Below, in pieces: positions 15,001 through 27,000 of a stretch of DNA of 64,000 nucleotides. The stretch lies in assembly GCA_964035545.1 (NCBI GenBank), contig OZ037765.1, positions 23,993,504 to 24,057,503 of the forward strand. Reading direction: 5' to 3'. The DNA is from Bugula neritina (lineage: Eukaryota > Animalia > Bryozoa). Each line of letters opens with the position of its first letter. Position 1 is the stretch's first letter. The notes under the pieces were generated by a model. The model was not told where the DNA came from, ran no database searches, and saw only the letters and a list, made by a program, of their open reading frames with translations. The position numbers and the translations under genes were made by a program.

Positions 15001-18000
15001 AAAATAGACAAACTTGACAACTGCACACATTAGATAATTCAATATCAATTACTATAGATCTTTAATCCAGTGGCAAAAATTGAAAGAAAATACTAAGAGG
15101 TACCCTAAAAATGTAATACTGATCTTAGCATCTAAGATGCCTTGTGACAAAAGGTTCTCCCATCCCTAGAAGAGGGAGGCCAAAAAGAGGAAGCATAGTG
15201 GGCAAAAAGAAATTGTGATTTTAAGCTCTAATTCCACATCACAGCTTCAAGCATTTTTTTAGAAGGAAACACAAAAGGATTATTGAATTAAACATACTAT
15301 AAATTTTGAAAATCAAACATAAATATAATCATTATTATATGGTATCTGTACGACCATTAATCGAGTTATTTTGGTGATCCTTTTACAGAAATATGATATA
15401 ATATTGATACCAGTATAATTATTGGTATTAACTTCAGCAATCTAGACATTAAACATGAATAGTTTATATAGACCTGAGAAATTAAACATTGAATAAACTA
15501 TTTAAATGAATTACAGCAATGGCTGTAAAGACTTATGTAGGTTTTGTTAGGACATTACATGGGCTGGGAAAGCTTTTTCTAATTCAGTATAGCTGTACTT
15601 GTATTAGCATAGCTATATTAACTACATTATGCTTTTTTTACAACGATTCAGGCTACTACAAAATAGCTAACTTTTTAGACTGGTATATAAACTGGTTTTT
15701 TTATTCAGAGACTTCTTATCTTTTTACTTACAACTTGCAACTATAACTTATGATATAACTTTTTGTCATTGCTATTTTCTTTCAGTCTGTGACAATAAAC
15801 ATAACTACATCTATATAATATTAAAACACAACAGTTTGGTTTTTGATTTTCATGAAGTGCTTAATACCGGCACTATGTCAAACTATGCAAGAACAGAAAC
15901 CCCTAATAGGTGACTTCACATAAGATATTGTAGAATGAGTCAATGGGGTATTATGGTAGGGATGCTATCAAGTCTGGGAGATCCAAGAGAAATAACGGAG
16001 ATATAAGATGCTCCAGCATGTCCCCTAACTTTGATCACTGGCAAGAACTAGTCTATTTTCCAGTATAACATTCTATGAGAAATTATTAAGAATGTAATGT
16101 TATCTAAATAAACACTATTTGAAGTATATTGCTAAAAAGAGAAATACTAAACAGCATGAGAGATCAAATGCATCTCATCAAACTGCTATAGTAGAAACGG
16201 AATAGCAACACAATGGTGTAAAACTTCAAAATAAGAACAATTACCTTGCAAACAGGCTGTGCAAGCCATTTGACCAAAGGCGCTGACAGTTCCAGCCTCA
16301 CAGTCTACAGCAGCAGTGAGGTTGCACTCTTTACCACCAGGGCACTGGATACATGAAGAGTTGGACTCTGCTGGCTGATAGAATCCTGTGACATAAATTT
16401 AAGAATCATCCAGTGAAACATAGCCAAAGGGTAATGAATATAATGCAGCTAAAAGTATTGGAAAAATATTACATAATTTGATACTAAACCAATCATGTAT
16501 AACTTACCATGGGGACAGGTGGAACAGTCAGCTACTCCAAGAGGACTGACATAATTATCAGGACAAAGTTGAGAATGAGTTGAGTTACAGGAAGATCCAG
16601 CAGGACACTGATCACACTCTGATTGTCCTTCTAGTGGCTGGTAGTATCCTGTGAGTGTAGAAGATGAGAGAAACTTGTTTGCAATGTGTATGTTGATAAC
16701 CATTGGTTTTACAAAAATGGATAAAATTGAAAAAATGAAATGAGAAAGTCAAGACACAGAATGACAGGTAAAAACTTCAGTGTTACCTTGTGGACAGCTG
16801 GTACATGACATTTGACCTTCAATGCTGTAACTCCCTGCAGTGCAATTGTTAGATGCAGTAGAATTACACTCTGCACCAGATGGACATTGGACACAGGAGT
16901 TGCTAGATTCTGGTGGCAGATAGAAACCTGGAGAGAAGCAGAGATCTGTATTATATACTAAAGATAAATTATTAAAGATAAAACTCTTTAGCGGAAATAA
17001 TAATTAAAACACTTGATAAATGAACATGTATAAATTACCGTCAAGACAAGAAGTACAGTCAGCTACTCCAAGAGGACTGACATAATTATCAGGACAAAGT
17101 TGAGAATGAGTTGAGTTACAGGAAGATCCAGCAGGACACTGATCACACTCTGATTGTCCTCCAAGTGGCTGGTAGTATCCTGTGGGTGTAGAAGATAAAA
17201 CATTTAAACAGGTTCTGTACTCAATGTTCTGTGGCTACAGGAACTGATGCAAGTTACCTTACTTTAATAGCAAACTTATGAATATATATTATTATCATTA
17301 TGTATTTTGAAGAATAAGAACAAGTTAGACAACATTTATCAGATGACATAGACTTGCATTCAAATTCAGTACAATTCATAAAAGTGTTCTGTTTCCATAA
17401 AAGTTTATACTCAACAAAGTGACTTAAATGTGTTCCAATATTAAGACAACAGCAAACAGGGTAAAAGATGGCAAGGCTGAGCTCTGGTTGCAACCAAATA
17501 ACTCAAAATGGCTTTTTTAAGGAGTTGAACCCTAATGGCACCTGTTAGTTAAAGAGAGATAATTTTTCTTGTTCACACTTTAACCAATATTGATAGAAGA
17601 TAAGGTCTTGTAGGAATGTATTCATACCAAAATTTAATCATTTTCAACTATACTCAATAAGTATTTATATAAAACATGCTGCAGGCACCTGGGTACCGTT
17701 CCAAACAAGGATTTATCTTAACAACCAAATAAATTATTAGATATACATGGGAAAATGAAATAATAAATATTCAAACAGACACTACATTTTACATTATTTA
17801 AATTGCATTGGGTGAAAACCCACATGTTCACATGGTCTAGTTGTATGAAGTTTGTTCCTCTCAAAAAATACAAAGTTCTCCAAATAAATTATTTCATGTA
17901 TTCTGCCAGCATCAAACTATATAAAACTCAAGTCAAGCGTGCGTACCAACGCTATTGTCTCACTACTACATTTTCATATAAAAAAATGGGATTTTCTTAC

Positions 18001-21000
18001 AGATTTTGGTTTTATTTGAATGAAACCGTACAGTTGATAAAAACAATCAAACAATGCAATGTAAATGTAATGAGAGTAATGTAGAAAAACAAATACCAAG
18101 GTTGATATGCATCATTAGTCAAAAGTTGGCTCAAGTTTTATATAGCTTTGTGATCTCCATTATTAATATATGATATCAAGAATTTCATATCCAGATACAG
18201 ACTGTTGTATTGTTTAGGGGAAACGATTCTTACTAGAATCAGGCTGTAGGTACTGAGTCATACTTGGTAAGTCTTCTAACCACCAGACTATTAGTACTCA
18301 ATTTAGTTATTAGTTATACAAATCATATTAAAATGCAATATTGTACCAATTTCTTACAGTTATATTGTATGATGGATTGAAAAAAATAAAATTGAGACAG
18401 AAAAAAATCACCCTTATATTTTACCTTGTGGACAGCTGGTACATGACATTTGACCTCCAATGCTGTAACTCCCTGCAGTGCAATTGTTAGATGCAGTAGA
18501 ATTACACTCTGCACCAGATGGACATTGGACACAGGAGTTGCTGGATTCTGGTGGCAGATAGAAACCTGGAGAGAAGCAGAGATCTGTATTATAGACTGCG
18601 TGGAAATAACTAAATTATAATCAAGGATAAAACTGCCTAAAAGTATATCCAATTAGTGGAAGACATAATTAATACACTTAATGAAAAACATGCATAAATT
18701 ACCGCCAGGACAAGAAGTACAGTCAGGTACTCCAAGAGGACTGACATAATTATCAGGACAAAGTTGAGAATGAGTTGAGTTACAGGAATATTCAGCAGGA
18801 CACTGATCACACTCTGATTGTCCTTCTAGTGGCTGGTAGTATCCTGTGGGTAAATAATATAAAAAATTTAAAGAACAATAAAAATAAATGCATAAAGTAC
18901 TGGGAAATGATGGTTTTTAATCAAATATTTATACAATATAAAGTATGCTAATCTTATGAGTAATGCTGTGTTAGCAGATCAATGCTGGCTATCAACAGTA
19001 AACTCATGCAGCAACCGGAATAAAAGCAAGTAACATCTATAAACTTTTACTGAATGCTTTCTAATGAAAACTTTGATTGATCCAATGCCATTAAATTCAT
19101 GTTTCAATGGATTTAATCTACATAGGTTGACACCCTAACACAGCTGTTTCTTGAACATTTTTTCTTTATAGTTACCCTAAACGCAAGAACATTTCTTATT
19201 AAATAATATTAACATATTCAAAAGATCAAAACCTGTTTATTTTAATGCTGTGTAAAACATTTCCAGTAACAAGCAAGAAGCAATTTTTCGCATGTCATTT
19301 GTGGCAGCTTGAATAAGGCATCACACTTCACTTTGAAAAGAGTACATAAAGATAATTGAAAATACTATAACTAACAACATTAAATTCTAAATAAATAAAA
19401 AAAAACTTTGGTATCCTAAGCACTTTGTCTACAGACCAAAGAAGAAGAAGATGGTAAAAACTGATCAGAAATAAAGTGGTACAGTAGTAGAAGCTAAAAA
19501 GTGAAAGTGAGAACTGATGAGAAGATACGAGACTAACAAATTCTGCAGTATCACTGGTGAAGTATGTCACATACAAATGAACACCCAAACGTAAGTTAAT
19601 AACAACATGAATAAAGAAAGGAACAAAAAAATAAGTTGAAAGAAAAAATAAAAAAGGGATAAAAAAATCCCCCTGATTATTTACCTTGTGGGCAGCTGGT
19701 GCATGACATTTGACCTTCAATGCTGTAACTCCCTGCAGTGCAATTGTTAGATGCAGTGGAATTACACTCTGCACCAGATGGACATTGGACACAGGAGTTG
19801 CTGGATTCTGGTGGCAGATAGAAACCTGAAGAGAAGTAGAGATCTGTATTATATACTGTATGGGAATTATTAGAGATAAAAATGCTTATATGTTGATGAA
19901 AAAAGAAAAAGATTGTTAACTGCAAAGAATGGAACTTCTATGTTTTTGCTGTACCAGAAAGTACTTTTCATACGAGACTATATAATATACTACCATCAGG
20001 ACAAGAAGTACAATCAGCTACTCCAAGAGGACTGACATAATTATCAGGACAAAGTTGAGAATGAGTTGAATTACAGGAATATCCAACAGGACACTGATCA
20101 CACTCTGATTGTCCTTCTAGTGGCTGGTAGTATCCTGTGGATGTAGAAGATAAAACATTTAAACAGGTTCTGCATTCAATAGCCTGTGGCTATAGGAACT
20201 GATGCAAGTTACTTTACTTTAATAACAAACTTATGAATATACATTAATATCCATAATTATATACCAGGTAGTTTGAACAGTGAAAATAGGTTATACAATT
20301 CATCCAATCACATGGAATAATTTTTGAAAAGTCAGCACAATCCAAAAACGTGTTCTTCTTTCAGCAAAACTCGTACTCAACACAATGACCTAAAGGTGCT
20401 CCAATATTAGGACAAGGAGATAGAAAAGGGACAGGAGTAAGGGATGGCGATACTGGGTTCTGGTTGCAACCAAATGACTCAAAAATTATAATAAAATAAA
20501 AACAAATTTCCTATGCTCAAAATAGTTGGTTTTTCAAAGAAACAATGGCACCTAGTAGTTAAGGAGAGATGATTTTTTAGTTTACACTGTGATAAATATT
20601 GATAGACCAATAAGGTTTTATAGCATGTATTCCCACCAAGAGTTAATCATTTTCAATTTAAATTTTTTAGCATTTACTTAAATTATGCTGCGAGCGCCTT
20701 AATACTACTTCAGATGTATTCATTCATTTTTAGATATTTAAATAGATAGTTATGTATACTAAAAAATAGTGAATAACAAGTATCCAAACAAATACTACAT
20801 ATACATTGCTCGAATAGAATCTTGTTCGGGTAACATTGAATGAAAACCACACAATCCTAATGGATAACAATAAAAGACAACTCCGAATAAACTGCCAGTA
20901 TAAAACTGTAAAGCTCAGCATATCAAATGTGTCTACCAACTCTAACATCTCACTATACTGAACTCTACTAGTTCAACTGTAATATAATGTAGATGCTCCT

Positions 21001-24000
21001 AAAAAATAGTAGTGCAACTTTTGCTGAGTATCTTATTTTATTTCATATATTATATTTGCGAGTCTTGTACAGGTTCATATGGTGCATTAGATAGGGTAGA
21101 CTCAGGTTTTATACTGCTCATGATTTCAACAACTGCAATAATATATCAAATGAAAAATTTTCTATCTAGATACAGACTGTTGTATTGTTTAGGGTAACTC
21201 ATTCTTACTAGAATCAGGCTATAGGTGCTGAGTACATACTTGGTAAGTGTTCTAACCACCAGACAATAGACCTTTTTCAAAGGTCCCCATATCCCCTATA
21301 CAATTAAGAGTTGTGTCCTCCCAAAGTGAATAGTTTGAACCTTTGTATAAAGAGCAAACTCATTAAAAATTTAAAGTTTGACTGCTACTTAAAATTCTAA
21401 TTATGCTATAGAATTGTTCTTTTAGGAGATAAATGTTTTGGTATAAGCACTCATATTAGCAGTTCAAAAAAGATTTTAAAAATATTTTTTAATGAAGAAT
21501 TTTGAAGAAAATAAACTTGAAAACATTTTTGTGGGTTTGGTTACTGAGCAATGCTAAAGTAGCACTTCAACATTGCTCAGTAACCAAAACCACAAAAATG
21601 AGTTCGAGTATATTTTGTTCAACAATTTTCATTTTGGGAGGACACTACTCTTAATTGCAAGGGGGAAATTAGGAACCTCTGAAAAGGGTCTATTAGTGCC
21701 CAATTTAGCTATTATTTATACAAATCGATTATAGGTAAAAATGGCACAGGTAAAGATGGCACGGTAAAAATGGCACAGGTAATATTGGCACACATGGAAA
21801 GTAGGTAAAATGGCAAACTGATGTTGAATTTTCCCAAACCCTTTACCCATATCCCCAACCCTTAAACCCCAACCTCAAACTCAGACCCCACATTTCAAAC
21901 CCTAATATTGAAAATGTGTCATTTTTACCTACTTTGCCATTTGTGCTATTATTACCTGTGCCATTATTACCTGTGCCATTTTCACCGTGCCATTTTTACC
22001 GGGCACCATACAAATCACATAAAAATACAATATTGTACTAATTTCATACAGTTATATGGTATAAATTAGGGATATGAAAAATCCCCAACCCCCTATTGTT
22101 TACCTTGTGGACAGCCAGTACATGACATTTGACCTTCAATGCTGTAACTCCCTGCAGTGCAATTGTTAGATGCAGTAGAATTACACTCTGCACCAGATGG
22201 ACATTGGACACAGGAGTTGCTAGATTCTGGTGGCAGATAGAAACCTGAAGAGAAGCAGAGATCTGTATTATATACTGCATGTAAATTATTAAAGATAAAA
22301 CTCTTTAGATGTATATCCACTTAGCGGAAAGTATAATTAATACACTCGACAAATAAACATGTATAAATTACCGTCAGGACAGGTGATACAGTCAGCTACT
22401 CCAAGAGGACTGACATAATTATCAGGACAAAGTTGAGAATGAGTTGAATTACAGGAAGATCCAACAGGACACTGATCACACTCTGATTGTCCTCCAAGTG
22501 GCTGGTAGTATCCTGTGGGGGAAATATAGAATGGAAAAATAAAAGAACCTCTATGAAAGATTGCGGTTAAAATTTCCGGTTTCTATTTAAATTAGGCCAA
22601 TTGCTTCAAGTAAAAAGACACAAAATTTTAGACTTGGCGACATTAGGCAAGATTTTTAAGTAGTGTATAAGCAGCAAAAACAAGAAGTAGTATTTAAAAT
22701 AGTTTAACCACTGAAATAGTTTCATACCCATAATGTAAGAATTATATAATGAGGTAGAGTATATGTAATACTAGTTCAATTGATACTTGAGGGTATTTGA
22801 AACTAATATTAAGTGATAAAGTACACAAGCTTTTCTATGAGCCCAGGTACAACATATATCATATTATCCTAGCTATTACTATGCATGGTTGCCAACACAA
22901 GTACACAACAATCCATTTTCATTCAATGAAATTCAATAGCTGTATATATAAGCATAACGTGGTGTGAAAAGCAAATCACAGCATGAATTATGCAGCTATA
23001 CAGTTACTTCCACCATATTTCAGATGTAACAAAATTTTAGCAGTTCAAACCCAACGCTCATAAAAAGAATTGGGCAACATTTCATTTCTTCTAGTTTTAG
23101 AAAATAACTCCAGGACATTTAAGATGAATAAATTAAAGAGAAAGGAAGCAACATTTTCAATAACTCCATCAAACTGGCTAGAATTATATTTCTCAATCTA
23201 CTAGACCCTCCTCTCACTGTCCTACACATGTGTTACAACTGTTACACTCTACACCAATAGCATGTGTGCCACTGGCCATACCTGGTGAACACTGAGTACA
23301 GTTAGTGGATTTATCAAGAGAATATGTTCCAGCGTCACAGCTGACTGGAGAGGATGTGGGGTCTGAACACTCGTGTCCTGCTGGACAATCTAAGCAGTCG
23401 GTTTGACCATTTCCTATTTGATACTCGCCACTGGCACACACAGTGTGTGAAGTCATGCCTTCTGACGGGCATTTAGAACCTGAAGAAAGAACAACAACAT
23501 TTAAGTGTGCAGTCGAGATATTTACTGGGTGGTGATAAGTCATGTAGAAACATAGTAAATGAAGCTAGAAAGAATAAATAAATATTCTATAGCCATTTAT
23601 TACTTTATCATTCCTTGGAAAAAAAATCCAACTAATAATTTTTTACCTTGTAATTTGACTACAGACTGTGGTCATGCCTTATTAAAAAAATCTTTACTAA
23701 ACAAAAGTGCATCAAACTTTTTCATATTTACACACTTATTTTTAAAAGTTAAACAATAAGTATGGTCATTGTACACTTCCTGTAGGCTTTAGGTTGTAGG
23801 TGATAAGCTGATCAATAATAGGAAGCATACAGACATTGCTGTACAAAATGTGTATAAAGAATCTATTTGTTTTATTCTTGTTCAACTATTGATTCACGCT
23901 AACCACATTATGATATGAAAGCATAATCTATCTACATATATATATACAGGTTACAGCAGAATAAGGTACCTACAAACTATACTAAACCTCAGGAGTAAGA

Positions 24001-27000
24001 GGAATGTCCAGTTCTACACTTACCTGCAGGACATGTGACGCAGGAGTCGGGGGCGTCTGACTCGCCCCTGTAAGAGCCTGTGGAACAGTCTTGACACCCA
24101 GTGTTGTTAGCGAGTGGGTATTGGCCAGCATTACATACCTAGCGAGACAAGAATATGGACTCTGTTACAACTTATTCAGACAAAATATTACCAATTATAA
24201 GAAATAGACTGACACCAAAACTATACCTTCAAGAGTTATTTATTTTTCAGAGAGGTTTTAAGGAGACTTAATAATCTACAACGTATAGTAGAGTAAATCT
24301 TTTGGTTAATAGCACAGTGTAACATGATACACTAATAATATAACTTGTACACTTGAGCATCAACATGCTACAATATTAGACAATAATGAGCCGTCTACTG
24401 CATGCATCCAACTTGTGAATTGTCAACATAGAGATTATAGACAAGAGATTGAGTATCAATGAAATACAAAGTGTTAATATAGTATCATTATCAAGGTGCT
24501 TATTCCCAGATAATCAATCAGTAAAAACTAATAAATACAAGTGCTGTTAGTCAACTGCCTTTAGAATAAGTTCTGCAATTTTCTATATAAATTGGTTACT
24601 TGGGGCAGAGGCTGCAAATTTCCTTGAGAATAGCTTATTTGTGAGATTTTTCTCCAATAAAAGATGCTGCTCCTGCCAAATATTTTACTAAGTAGATCTG
24701 ACTCATAAAGCAACACAAAGAGTGGGATTTTTGCAACATATTGTTACGGTAATTACATTAAATAATCACACTCTGGCAAATATATTCCTAAAAGAAAGAA
24801 TATTACCAAACATTTAAGTTTAGGTACTAAAATTTTTACAGCCTTAGTTTTTAGCTTTCTTAAACAAATTTGGTTTAGGGCTATAATTATTTCTTTTGCT
24901 ACATTTTTAATATGAAACACAGAAATTTCTCAATTTCTTCATTTCCGCACCTACCTCATCATACATCAACTCAGTCTATGTTATTTACGATAAGCTCATT
25001 TCTTAAAATAGAGTAACTCTTTTTGTTCAACAATTAATTACAACCAAATCACAACTTTTTGAAATAAAACTTTATTCAGCACCAGAAAAAAATTACTTCA
25101 TTATTAATGCAAGGAACTTAAAATTTAAGTATTTATAAAACGAAAACTACATGAGCAATTAATATCTAAAAGAGTAAAATGAAATAATAATAACTCAAAA
25201 GTTTTTAATTTTTTTCGACAAATCATACAGATAATTTTTTTTCGGTTTCACTCATTACAACACTAAAGTAAAAGGGAGTTATACAGTTCTTTTTGTTAGA
25301 ACAGCTGACTTACCACAGGGGCAGCGTTGGTAGACTTGCAGACGTAGCCAGGAGTATTAGCTGAGCATTCAGTACACGTGGCTTGTCCATCCAGAGAATA
25401 CTGTCCAGTGACACACTGCACTTGATCAGCTGTAACACCATTATTTATACAGCAAAACTTGAAAATAAATTGTAAACTGACTGAAATATGCTACAGTTAT
25501 GTATTACAGGTTGAGGTAGTAGATCCATGAGGTGGGTATTGCTTCAAATAGATAGGCATATAAAGAAGTGTAATATGTTAATAAAAGTTAGAAAAAGTCA
25601 GCTAGAGATGTATTAACAAGATGAGAGCGACTGGCCATTAATATTGTACATATAAAACAGACTGGCAAAATACATAATCAAAAATACTCTCTGGACGATA
25701 AATTTTAGCGAAAAAAATCTTAATAAAGTAGCCCATATACTTATGATGTTCAGACATTCATGGTAATGTAGTCTTTAAAGGTGACATTACAAATTTATAT
25801 ATTTAATAATTTTCTTATCAAATATTACGTGCTAACTTATTAAATATCAAATTACATTAACTTCTGCTGCTTTTTTAGCAATTGCAAGTGATTTCAGCAT
25901 GAAATGAATACTGCTAGATTTTAATGCTAAATATATTTTTTAAATAAAAATTGATAACAGAAGGCATTTGTAAAATTGATCTCATTTTTGGAAAGCCCAG
26001 TGAAATTGTTAGATCAGATTCATATCTTTAAGTTTGGAGAATGAGTTGACAGTAAAAATGTGGAACTGCCAACATTACACTCAAAAAACTGCTAAACATT
26101 TAACAGTGAAGCTCTACTTTTGCAAGCATGTGTAATACTAACTAGAGGAGAGTTATATAAACTGTCTGTACTACATTCTGACACAGTACTTTGCTTTCAG
26201 TGCATTACTGATTGCTTATTCTACTCATTGTCCAAGACAATAAGGATTAATTGCAAACATAACATGCATTGTGCTACGTTATGTTTAGAAACATCACAAT
26301 ATTTGAAAACGTCAATAACTCGAATCATTTAGAAATAGCTACTGCATGTCCATATGAATACCATACGTGTAGTAGCTGTTGCTTCATTTAAGCCAATTAT
26401 ATGTTACAATTTTTTAAGCAGGCTGCAAAATTTTAAATCAACAATATCAATCCATAGTTACTGAGCTGCCAAAACTTATAAAATACCATCAAACCAGGAA
26501 AATTTACACTCAATTAGTACAACTGCAACTTCTGGTAGACCATATATTCACAATAATTATATGCAATAAACTTACATAATACATTAAAACACAAGCATAG
26601 TTTAAAATAAGTTTTTAGTAAACCACAAAATTCTATTTTAGCTACAATGATTTAGAGCAGCAAATATGTTTAATATAAAGTTACAAATCTAGGGTAAGCG
26701 CTTTAGGTTGTAACAATATGGCTTTTCTTTCAAATGTATAAAATATCATTTAAAGAGAATTCGATGTCAGATCCTAGTACTAAGAGTGTTGAGCAGTTGC
26801 CATAGAGACAACTTCACATAACATATTTATATAGACTAAATGCTTTAATAGTTACATACCGTCTTTAGAGTAACTATAAAAAATTAAAACCATTTGTATG
26901 CCAATAAAAATTTCTTGAGAAAATCCAAAATGAAAAATCTCACAGTAAAGTTGATTTGACTTGTCTTACCTAACAAGGCGGTAGGACAGGCAAAGCCTGC

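Larger units (their letters stand above)
11587..22512 (-). repeat. Tandem array of 17 phase-1/1 single-module exons
   Basis: Type A: 22372-22512, 19994-20134, 18703-18843, 17039-17179, 16508-16648, 14232-14372, 13146-13286. Type C: 22104-22244, 19685-19825, 18425-18565, 16787-16927. Type B: 16245-16385, 13964-14104. Divergent modules: D 12897-13028 (132 nt), E 12310-12450, F 11822-11962, G 11587-11724 (138 nt). All except D and G are 141 nt (47 aa, 6 Cys), and all have intact AG/GT. Confidence 0.95.

Noticed and set aside
544-22280. Alternative-frame and antisense ORFs over Cys-rich exons (e.g. 544-834, 2558-2887, 18323-18652, 22044-22280)
   Set aside because: Shadow frames of the real exons.
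13146-22512. CRISPR-like reading of repeats separated by unique spacers
   Set aside because: The repeats are 141-nt coding exons with splice sites and the spacers are introns of about 0.1-2 kb. The context is eukaryotic and there are no cas genes.
13146-22512. Exon array as an assembly artefact
   Set aside because: Copies carry distinct substitutions, different introns and copy-specific TE insertions, which false duplication would not produce. Exact copy number still needs read support.
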